Of a stretch of 64,000 bases of DNA, positions 39,301 to 50,785 are shown piece after piece (positions within the stretch are counted from its first letter, which is position 1; each line of letters begins with the position of its first letter). Position numbers and translations under genes: made by a program. Origin of the DNA: Camelus ferus (Eukaryota); NCBI RefSeq assembly GCF_009834535.1, contig NC_045696.1, positions 19,408,001-19,472,000 of the forward strand, given 5' to 3'. The notes beneath the pieces were generated by a model. It was not told the DNA's origin and searched no databases. It saw nothing but the letters and a program-made list of their open reading frames with translations.

Positions 39301-41724
39301 CAAAATCATGTTACACGTATAATTATTTTTTAAAAAATATAAACTCAGTGTTAATCCAAAATTTCTCTTCAAGTCACTTTTTCCTTCTCAGAGGTATTAC
39401 ATGGAAGATGGTGGGGTCAGGAGGCAGCACTAATAAACCAGACTCTTTTTTTAAACTAAATATTTGATTTGGGGCAAGAAAAAGTGGCTAATTGAGGATA
39501 ATTGGTTTAGTAATGGGAGGGGAATTATAAACATGTATATTATATAAATGACATTTATAATTGTAAAACACTATACTCTTTTCTGAGTGTCTTTTTCTGT
39601 ATGTTTCTCTAGGTTTGTTTAACAAAGCTGGAATTATAACTTAAATATCTTTTCAAAATATCATCTTGTCCTTTATATTACAATAGTGGTGTTTTTGTTC
39701 AGGGATAAATTGGTCAAAGACATGTGATCACACTTTCATTTATCACAATGTTATTAAACTAGTTTGTTAAGCAGTTGTAAGAAAAAAATAAGACAAAGGC
39801 AAAGGACTCTTGGTGAGTAAGACATGTACCTTAGAAACTGAAATTCAGTGCAATCGATTGCTTTCCCAGCTGTGAAAAATAATGCGACCCCAGCAGATGG
39901 GTGGAAGAAGCATGTAAGTTAATGGTTAGTGGTCAAGGAAGGCTTGCTAGAGAGGGTAACTTTCAAGATAATGTTAAAAAATAAACTTTCTACATGCCAA
40001 GAGGAGTCCATTTCAGTCAGAATGTCATGTGAGCAAAGATGGAGATGGTAAATATACAATGTATTCTGAAATTAGCAGTTATATAAATGGATATTAGAGG
40101 TGTGCTATTGGGGGTAACTGGTGATAAATGATGAGATTAAAGAGAATAGACCTTGGAATAGAATAGATAAACAAATGAATCAATCAACCAAAACAAAATA
40201 AATGAACATCACCAACAACAAAACCTGTGACCTTTTTCTAAAAGATGGTAGGGAGTTGGCAGAGGTTCACAGACAGGGAACAGAGCCTGCCGCGATGGCT
40301 AGGAGGGAGCTGGTAGAGGCCTGGGCTACAGCTGTGGAATGTCTGTCCAGTCTCCCCTCTCTCCCATTCCACACCTGTTTCCATAATGCACACAGGCATG
40401 TCAACCTCTGCTTGATGTCTGCATTCAAGAATCTAGTAAATAGACTCGTCTCTTAGATGTGATTAGTGATTACATTAACATTAGATAATTAATGCCTATT
40501 AATATATTTTAAAAAAGACACTGTATAATACAAAACAATACTATAAATTTGTGTAACTATGTATAATTATTCTGTATACTTTTAAATGGAAAGACAGTTC
40601 ATGTAGTTCACTAACTTTCACCCTTTTTTTTTTTTAACTATCCACCCAATCCACCTTAAGGTTTTAGTATCTATCTTTTTAAAACAATTCCCAATAAAAA
40701 GTAAACAACCTAAAATATAAAGATATTATTCTTCTATGGGAATGTTGATGGAAACTTGTTAAATTCTCAGTATGATTTCTGGCATAATTATAAAGCATGA
40801 AAAATTGTGAAATATCTCAAAGTCCTGGCGGAAACAGAATATCTATGCTCTTATCTTCACTGACATTTCAAATTTTAAATATGTCAGAATGTAGACCACT
40901 TGCCACAAAACTGTCAAATAAATGGGACAAAGAGATACAATATATTTTTATATGTCGTAATTATCTACTCAAATTGCTACATTTGAAGTTCATTAACTGT
41001 ATACTTTCTTCATTTGCAGTTTAAATCTTATGGTAAATGTTTAGTTTGCTTTGGGGTGGAGTTGATTTAGCTTTTGCCCATAAGATAATGAAATTTTTAT
41101 TGGCTAGTAGGAAAGGGAGCTTCTCAGATTGAAGTAAATATGATCAAAACAAGACAGTGTTAAAAAAGGAATAAATTAAATGTCAGTTCCCTTAATTCAG
41201 TCATTAACTGGTCAAGTTCATTTTTTTCTGTTAATATTAAAAGGCTTTTCCATACATAAATTGGAAATTAAAATTTTTTGCACAAGCAGAAAATGCTTTT
41301 TTTCTTAAAGATTATATGATAAAATTGAATCTCACCCACATAAGATTAAGCTACAATTGATATTTTATAAACTGCTTATTGAAATTCCAAACTGTTTAAC
41401 ATGTTTATTATAAAATTCTTTAATATGCAAATTTTTGAATTTTCTAAATGTATAAGACAGTAAATGGAAAATATGAACAAATATATGGCTGGTATTATTA
41501 TTTTCCAAGGAATTTATAACATATTAGGTTTGAAAATTTTCAATTTTTATACACTCTATTGTGTCTTAGAGACTCCAATTTCTGCATTAGGGTTATATAA
41601 AAATCAGTATTAAAACTAGCCATTCAAAACATGTAGATCCACTTATATATTATTATATAGTGCTTCTGAGTGAATACATTGTCTACTATCGGCTCTAAAA
41701 TAGAAGTGTAGATATTCACTTAAA

Positions 41725-42315
41725 AAAATAGAACCCAAATATTCTTCATTTGGTGAATGGATAAACCATAGAACATCTAGGCAATGGAATATTATTCAAT
41801 GCTAAAAAGAAATGAACCATCACATCATGAAAAGACATGGAAGAACCTTAAATGCATATTACTAAGTGAAAGAAGCCAATCTGAAAGGGTGCTAACTGTA
41901 TGATTCCAACTCTATGACATTATGGAAAGGACAGAACTATGAAGACAGTAATAAAGATTAGCGGTTGCCAGAGATGAGGCGAGAGGGAGGGATGAATAGG
42001 CAGGCAGAACATACAGCATTTTTAGGGCTTTGGAACTATCTTGTATGATAGTATCATGGTAATCCATGTCATTATACATTCATCGAAACTCATAGAATGT
42101 GCAATATCAAGAGTGAACCCTGATGCAAACTATGAACTTTGGGTAAAAAATGATGTGTCAGTGTAGATTCACTGATTGTAACAAACAGATCACTCCACAC
42201 GTTAATAATGGGGGAGGCTACACATATGCCGGGTTAGGAGGTATGTAAGAACTCTATACACTCCTCTCAATATTGGTATAACCTAAAACTCCTCTATCAA
42301 ATATAGTATATTTAA
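41725..42315 (+). mobile_element. L1MC-type 3' end
   Basis: 'aaccttaaatgcatattactaagtgaaagaagccaatctgaaa', 'caagagtgaaccctgatgcaaactatgaactttgggt', terminal 'aacctaaaactcctcta'. Confidence 0.85.
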
Positions 42316-45300
42316 GAGCAGGCAAAATAAAATGTTAGTATCTTTAAAATCTTCATGGGACTGGCTAACATACCTGGATTGGCTGAGAATGTCTATAAAT
42401 TAAATATTCAACCTTTTATGTCCTTTAACAAGTAAAAAAAAAAAAAGATGACATGTTATGTTATGAGTAACACACAGGCAAGTCAAATATTTTCAGCTTC
42501 CTGTTTTTGTATGAGAAAACTCAGTATGAACTATACTAGACTCTACGGTAGAGAAATATTTCCATTTCCTTAAATAAACTTTCCTTCATATCTGAGCCAT
42601 TTGGTGGTACGGTAAGTCTCAGGATAGTATATGAAAGCCTCATAATTTTTGTTTTCCACCTATAGCACCAAGAAACAGAGCATTTTTCTTGTCATTTTTA
42701 AAGTCCATCAGAGAGTTTTACATTTAATCGTCCATGAAACATACATATCTAATTCAGCCTTTGAGAAATTATATAGAAACAATAGCAATTTGAAGTTTGT
42801 CCTTCAGAGATTCTTTAAAACAGAAATGCTAGTTTGAAGAGAGAAGTTTTATTTTTGTTTCAACCATATTTAAACAGAAACAGGCTAAATTTTTAAACAA
42901 TTCAGTATTTCTTTTTGTAATAATTAATGAGGAATCAGCAGAGAAGTATACAGCCACTGTATAAATTGTGTATTGAAGCTGTTTGTTTTGATTTCTTAAA
43001 ATGTTAAGAAGAGATGCTGAAATGGAAATATCTATTTTAGTTTTTACTAGACAGTAATCATTTTATATTAATAGAATATGACCTATTTCTAACAAAAATG
43101 TAAATAGGTTATTTTATAAAATATTTTTAGAAAATACGTAAAAATCAGAGTGATAAAATTTAACTTGATAGTCTTTTAAGACTATAAACTCAATGTGATT
43201 TTATTACACTGACTGTGGAAGCGCAGCTATATGTACAAGTTGAAATGAGAAAGATAACAGCTGCCTAAGAGAAGTACCACGATTACTGAAAGGAATGGTA
43301 GTTGGTAAATGAACAGACTTTCCTTTGCCACAAAGTTTTTCCTATAGTCCAGAGAAGAGGAAATCAAAGGAACTAGGTCAAAGATAGAAGACTGTGTAAG
43401 TTACAGACTAGAAATTTAGTTATGCCATCTTTGTAAACTGATAAAACAAACATGAAGAAAACTGAGAGTGTACGATGCTCAACTTTGTCAATGACTAGTC
43501 ATACTTCTCTGAGCCTCAATTTGTTGATATAATAAAATAATGGCATTTAATTAGAACATTAGGGTAAATTTCCTCAAATCTCTTTAGTTTCTTAACAGTA
43601 GCCTCTCAAAATAAGTTAATATAAAGTTAAAAATGTAATATAAATTTACTGCGATAGTCACTATGAAAGTGTCCAAAAATACCACATATTTCCCACTGAT
43701 ATCATCTCATTCTTAAGGGGTTTCAGGAAAAATAAAAACAAGGACAATAACAAAGAAAAACAGCTGAATTTTCTCTCTCTCAATATATAAAACTTCTATA
43801 ACTACTGTATCGATTGAAAGAAGTTCAAATATTATAACAGTGTATAGATATCATTAAAATTTTACTTTGAAATGTATTCAAACATGTTTTAATGGGTACT
43901 ATATATATAAAGATATGCATTTGGGAGTGAGCTGTTCTGGAGTAAGAAAGATTAAGTGTGCCTTAAAATAATGCAAATTTTGAAAATGAGTATATTTTCT
44001 CTGTTGTAGTTTCTACACTATTTCATTTTTATCTGGCAATGCAACACTTGGCTGTGTTTGTAGAAGAGAAATATATATTGATGTCTAAACCAGAGTTGTT
44101 TTTTTCACTTTATAAAAACTAATTGAATAATTTACATGTTAAAGAATTATCATTTAAACTCACGTTCAGTGCTAAAACAAACAAAAAGTGATATAAAGTT
44201 TTATGAAAAGTCTGCGACGTTTTACTACGTAAATTACTCAACCTCTTTAGGTCTCACTGTTCTCATCCAGAATTTGGGAGAAATGATATTTACTTCAGAA
44301 TAAATAAAATATTGCACTCAAGGCCTTCCATACAGTGTGTAACACAGTGGTATGTCAAAAAAATAGAAGTTGCTCTGTTTCTGCATTATTGTTACTATCT
44401 GTAAACTTCCAAAGCCATTGTTGTTTCATGCTTTGGCTGTGCATGAACCAAGAACCTTAATGATTTTCTACAACTTTATTCCATGATGTTCATACTTAAT
44501 TATAGTAATATATTAATCAAAGGAACTGGAGAAAAATCATTTTAAGCATTTATGTCTGTTTTTATAAACTTTTGCTGGCAATACAGACTTTTCTTCTATC
44601 ATTACATTACTTAAATTATTAACTATATTAATGTGCTTTATTAATATGATATCATTGGACTATTTTTGCTTCTCACTGGTAGTAGAAGCTTCTAAGAAGA
44701 CCCTAGAACTAGTTTATTATGAAAGTAACAGTATTTGGTGTTGTTTCTAAATTCTTTTTACAATATGAGTCTGCTGATGATGTGTCATTGACAGCAAAAG
44801 AGAAATCACTCAGTGATCATATGTTTATTATACAGAGATATTGAATTTGATCGAGTTAGAAATGAAAACACACAACAAAGACAAAAGGTTTGTACCAGTA
44901 ATAAAGAAAACACGTATAACAAAGCTTTTCCTCAGTTTTCTTTATTACAACAATGGAGACACAGAGATACAGAAAATAAAATGACATTTAATATACTATG
45001 AAACTCATGCATCGGATTACACACAGTGCTGGATATTATGTCAGGGGTTTTAAATAAGAGATGATACCAAGGACAATACATTTATAACGTACATTTTATT
45101 TCAAGAAAATAAGCTATGATGAAAACAGATGCAATTAAAATGATCAGAAATAGTCACTTTAAAACAGAACTGTTATACATAAAATCAACGTAAGAATGAG
45201 ATAAAAATATTCTTGAAAGAAGTTCATGAATTGTGGATGTTATTTAAAAGAGTAGTTTTTAGTTGCTTGCTCTTAGAAAAAAAGGATTTGCTAGAGATTT

Positions 45301-48300
45301 ATTTCATAGTGCCCATTTAGTACATATACTAAATAAAATAAATATGGTGTAATTTTAAAAAAATTATGCTACCTCAATATAATGCAATGTTTGCAATATG
45401 TAACTATATTTCTATTAAAATGGAATGAGAAAGAATAACTGAATTTAACTTGAACATAAAAAATTAAATTTTGCAACATACTAGGCTATACAACCAGTAT
45501 TAGATTAGTTCACACTTAAAATAAAATTTAATTCCACTTGAATGAACGTTATCTTTAAAAAGTTGATCAAATAATAGTCTACCAACAAAGACATGGGGCC
45601 ATCAGTTGCAGTTCAGATCACCACAGATAAACTAATAGGACTCCTGAACATATTTGCTTTCCTTGGCTATTTTTTTTCAATTTCACTAAATAGTAGCTAA
45701 AAATTGATGTTACAGAATAATCCACTCTTTCTGTAACATTTAGATACAGACATTTTAGGCTTCCACTTAGTTAAAAGCCATGAGGGAGGGTCCGGATTAC
45801 TACCAGAGATCTTGATCTGGCTGATAATCTTAGGTAAGATAAGGAAACCAAGGGTATTTGAAAAATACAGCATTGATGTAAATTCCCATTCTGTGTTATT
45901 TCAGAATGATTAAAGTAAATTTAAACTTACTGAATCTTTGCATAAATATTGAGATGCTGCTTACTTTAATAATCTTTATGTAGTATATCACTTTTAAGTA
46001 CCATTAAAGTAAAAAAGACACAACTTTATATTTAAAAGTTAAAAGTGTTAACTTTAGAAAAAATACTCTAGTTTAGATAATAACTTGGAAGTGAATATAT
46101 TAATTAGATGTTAAAAAGTTTTTTTTTTTCATTTACTTAAGACCTAAAATTTACTCTGCTAGTATATTCTGAATTCTAAGGTTTACTATCAAGCAATAAT
46201 AATGATTAAATAATACTCTTTTTTAATGACATAATCAGCTGATTTAGATATAGGCTTTTTACTAATTTCAATTTACATTAAAATTACTTCAGTGGCTACT
46301 TGTTGAATATTTGTATCTCCAATCATTTTAAATACATAAATTAAGCTCCCCATTCAATGCATTAGCCTTAGTTGAAAGTTTCATGACACATATCTATACT
46401 ACAAATTCTGAGATTTTAAACCTTAACAGTGATTAACATAAAAAGAAGAGATACTTCCAGAAATTGAGAGGGAGGAAGGAAGGGAGAGATAGTGGGAAGG
46501 GGGAAACGAGGAGGGTGGGAGGGCGGGAGGGAGAGACAGAATATTAGAAAGAATTAGAAGGAAGAATGGAAGGAAAGAAAGCAACTAAGAAAAAGCCTAA
46601 TTAATCTGCACTTACTCAAAGGTGGCTTCAAGGATATTACATTATGCCTCACAGATCTGAACCATAATAAAATACACAAAATGACACATTCCTATATGAA
46701 ATTTGTGATACTGTATCTTTATTCACTGAGTGGAATCATAATATATAAGGGCAAAAAACTTATACGTGATAATATTCAATTTAGGGAGTATCATAACAGA
46801 TTACTTATTTAAAGCTCTTAATACTGCTAATATCATAACCAAAAAACAAACAGGCAAAAATCTTCAGATAACTGCACATATCTAGATGTATTTCTTAATT
46901 AACTACTACAAACTAAAAATATTATACATAATATTAGCTATTCTTGAAAGCTAGACCCAAACATACTTAACTATTGTATTGATAAATATCCATCTGGAAT
47001 TACTAAAATAATTTGTAATTAAATTTTTTTATTTCTTTATTCTTAGTGTAGATACACCATATTAATGAATAATATATCTGAAAGTACTTATCCAGATCCA
47101 AAAGCACATGGCCTAATTTTCTCTTGCACCTATATTTTGTTGCTTACAAATGAATAATCAGACCAACTAATCAGACTTAAAAATATTGCGGAATTTTCCT
47201 TATTTTAGTTTTGTATAATTAATATAATTAATCAATAAGAACTCTTAATATAGAAAATATTTGAATTGTATAATTATTTCCAAGTTGACCCGAACTGTCC
47301 ATGAACTACTATGCGTACTTGTAATTTTAACTATTTATTTTAAAAGAACTGCTGAATACTTAAAAGTCAAAATTATCTGCAATAAAATTATCTGTTGGAA
47401 CAAATACTTGTTTTATATATAACTGACTTATACATACAAAATGTTAATCCAATGCCTGGAATTTATTTATTTGCTTATTTAAAATGGTTAAACACTTGAG
47501 ATACTTGAGGCTAACAAAAAACAGGAAAAAAATTAAGAAAAATGAAATAAGTCATTAAACATTTCAGTCTTGCTCATGTCTACCAGCAATGAATGCATGT
47601 GCACATAAATAATGCTTTTGGAAAGAATATGGGTATAGATTTTATAAAATATACATATTCCCAATGAATAAGAGTATTAGGACAGAAAGGATCAAAAATG
47701 GCAATTTACTGAAGGTTCTTGCCTGTAAGAAAAAATTTCATAGGAAAAAAGAATTTATTGCTACCTCCTCGGCATACTCTGTTAGCATATCTGAAATGTA
47801 GTCTGGTGGGCCTTATAGCTATCTGATAAATAAGTATTGAGCTTGTATTGGGGTAGGGAGACCAGTAAGACCTAACGATAAATGGAAAATAGAAGACAGA
47901 CTTAGAAAAGGTTAGGAGAAGAAAAAACGAGATACACAGCTGTATATAAAAAATTAATCCTGATACTCCACATACAGATAATGGCCATTATGCATAAGCA
48001 AATCAATTTAGCTTTATAACTGGTATAATACGGTCAAAACAAACTTTTTAAATGATTTAACATTTGATGATAAGACATACACGTCGATAAACATAGAAAC
48101 ATACTTCTGATTATTTATAATGAATAAAATAAGACTCACCTTACACAAATTTACATTTATACATTTTAGACACTGATTTTTATTTAAAAGTCCACTGAAT
48201 GAAAAAAAAGCACTGGATGATAATAGGAAGAATTTTTATGTATGGCTTACCAATAATCTCAGTTACTTAGACCTATAGACAGACACTAATTATACAAAAA

Positions 48301-49086
48301 TGTACTGCCAGTTAGACTTCATGATTACATATAACAAGAGTAAAGTTCAAGTAATAAAAATGATAATTCAGCAACAATTACATATTATTAAGATGTTAAA
48401 AATATCTGAGAAAGTAATTTACAATCTCTAGGATCTCATTTTTCAAAATGCAGTAGTTGCATTGTTTACAGTTTGTGCTTTCCCATTTCTTACGGAAGTA
48501 AGGCAAAGCACAGAGTCTATCATTTTAAGATGTATCAGAATATTTTTTAAATGTATGCGTATCTTAGAACTGTATAATAACTGCTCATCTAAGAATGAAC
48601 ATGGGGCCAAATGATAGACTGCTCATTAATTTTAGGATTAATAACTTGATCGGTACTTAGATGCTTATAAAATCTAAATGAACAACTCATTAAATGTAAA
48701 CACTTCTGCTAAGATATCAGAATTTTAATTTTAGGTTATTTTCTGAACTGTTCAAATGTCAGTCTCGGTATCATATAAACCAGACTGAGTGTCCTTCATA
48801 TCATTGTTGGTGACCTGGTAGTTATAGAATGTAAAATTAAAAAAAAAAAATCTCTTATCTTACTAAAGACATATTCCATGTTTTCCAAGAAAGCATTTGT
48901 AGTCATGTCCTGAATCAAGATAATTTCAATATGATTTCTCATGGAAATATTTACAACTTACTGGAGAGATCTAGTCAGGTTATAATGAATGAGAAAAATT
49001 GTTCATGAACGTGTTATTTAAACTCCTTTCTTTCTCAGCACTTGCTACATATTAGTATTCAACATATCTACAAGTCTTATCCAAAC

Positions 49087-49126
49087 TCATGGAATGTAAT
49101 ATGCAATCATGGAATGTAATATGCAA
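49087..49126 (+). repeat. Perfect 20-bp tandem duplication (tcatggaatgtaatatgcaa)x2
   Basis: Directly visible. Confidence 0.95.
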
Positions 49127-50604
49127 TTATAATCAGTTCTTTATAATAAACATAACATTAGCTATTATAATTTTAAAACAGAACATTTCCAATAAATAGG
49201 TTAAATTCCTATACTGCGAGAATTGCAATTAGGAAATCCCCTTTGTCTCTGCAAGGGAGAAAGAAAAGCAGAAGTGTGTTTACTTTGTGGGTGAGTCCCT
49301 TCTGCACTCTACAGGTCTGATGCTAGCTCAGAAGAAAGACGTACAGCAGTGAACAGCAGAGTTTGGAAAAGACAAATTTTAAAGAATAGACTACCAAAGG
49401 CAAGTCTACTTTTAGACCTTACATGATAGAATCCTGTAGGTATTTCTTTAAAATAAAGTCAGAGAATACTTTCATGCAACAAAACAAATTGTTTTTGATG
49501 AATGAATCTCGAAGCCCAGAACTCAGTAATTTGATTTACCATGTAAGTTATGGTCACTCATGGGAATATATGTAAATCTGACAGCTTTCTAATTGTCCTG
49601 ACTGAGTAGTAAGAGTCACCTTCTAGAGTGCAGCTGGGAGTGAAAAATGCAAAACACCCTTTTCTCATTTTGTAATAAATGAAAATGTGAAAACAAAAGG
49701 CATTAATCATGCTACTCCTTCAAATCCAGCTTGCTCTGAAAGCTGGAATCTAGTAATACCTTCTCCTCTCAATTTCATCTTCTTGAAAATGGCAGCTAAA
49801 ATATTTACTTCTATCTCTGATCCTTGCAAAGAAATTGACTCAGGAAAAAGTAATAAATAAATAAATATACATGTTGCTAGAACATCAATACTTGATACCA
49901 TCTCAAAATAGTATCCAAATCTAGTACACAGGTGCAACTTAATAAACGTACTCAAATTTAATTTATCATTTACTTTGGTACAATTGCATTAAGATATTTT
50001 CACTTCATTAAAAAAATGTCTGGACTTTCAAAAATTGGTGGTCAAACTGAAGAAAATTAACTCTGCTTCACTTTTACTCCTTATGACATTTTAGGTCAAT
50101 AAAAGGAAAATAAGGCAGCAAAACAGGAATCACATCTAACATAATAAAAATTATCAGGTTTATGTCTCATGTAAATGGTAAACACCATGAAATATGATAA
50201 ATATTTATAAAGTTGAAACTTATATTTAAAAGAGTAACAATTAAAACCAATATAAAAGATCCACAATTCAACATAATAAAATTTCTATTTATGCAACGTA
50301 TGTCCATGAACATTGAGTTGTATTTGCAAAATAATCAAAGAAAAGATTAGATGTAGCAAATAGTTAAGTTCCAAGTAAAAGTGACATGATATTTAAGGTT
50401 AACTTTAAGAAACTGAAGAAAACTTTAGAATGAAGCAAGTTATGCTGTGAACTGGTACCTGAAAGAAACAATCCTGGTTCAGTTTTCTTCAGTGTTTTTC
50501 TGACAAATTATCTACTTTAAAGGTTAACAATTTGGGGAAGGGAAAAGAGGCTAACTGTTGACGGGTGAGGATACATGCATAATTAGTTGAACCTTAAAAA
50601 ATAT

Positions 50605-50610
50605 TTTATT
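50605..50610 (-). terminator. Candidate poly(A) signal for the GPI isoform
   Basis: First AATAAA after the GPI-exon stop codon (~70 nt downstream). The AT-rich context makes a chance hit possible. Confidence 0.4.
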
Positions 50611-50678
50611 ATAATTTTAGATTAGCCTTGTAAACTTGCAGATGATAAAAGGGAATACCATAAGATATAGCAACGACA

Positions 50679-50785
50679 TTAAAACATGCAAGACACACTT
50701 ATGGCTAGAATGAAAGAAAACCCAGCAGCATTCAGCTGCCATGACTGGCTTCCATTTTCGCCTTTATTTGCTTCACAGCATTTAT
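50679..50785 (-). CDS. NCAM2: NCAM2 alternative terminal exon of the GPI-anchored short isoform: (D)KCCEANKGENGSQSWQLNAAGFSFILAISVSCMF*
   Basis: Acceptor catacag|AT completes the phase-1 G from the upstream exon (GAT=Asp), giving 34 codons then TAA (50679-50681). Closely matches the mouse GPI-form tail as I recall it (NCCEANKGENGGQSWHLNAVGFTFVITMSLSCLF). Polar spacer plus hydrophobic C-terminus. Confidence 0.93.

Noticed and set aside
46465..46585. Purine-rich GGGA/GGAA tract, a possible G4 or triplex
   Set aside because: Common low-complexity repeat with no other supporting context.
50763..50768. AATAAA inside the GPI exon coding sequence
   Set aside because: Explained by the Asn-Lys codons (AAT AAA). 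Cleavage here would remove the stop codon, and there is no evidence of use.
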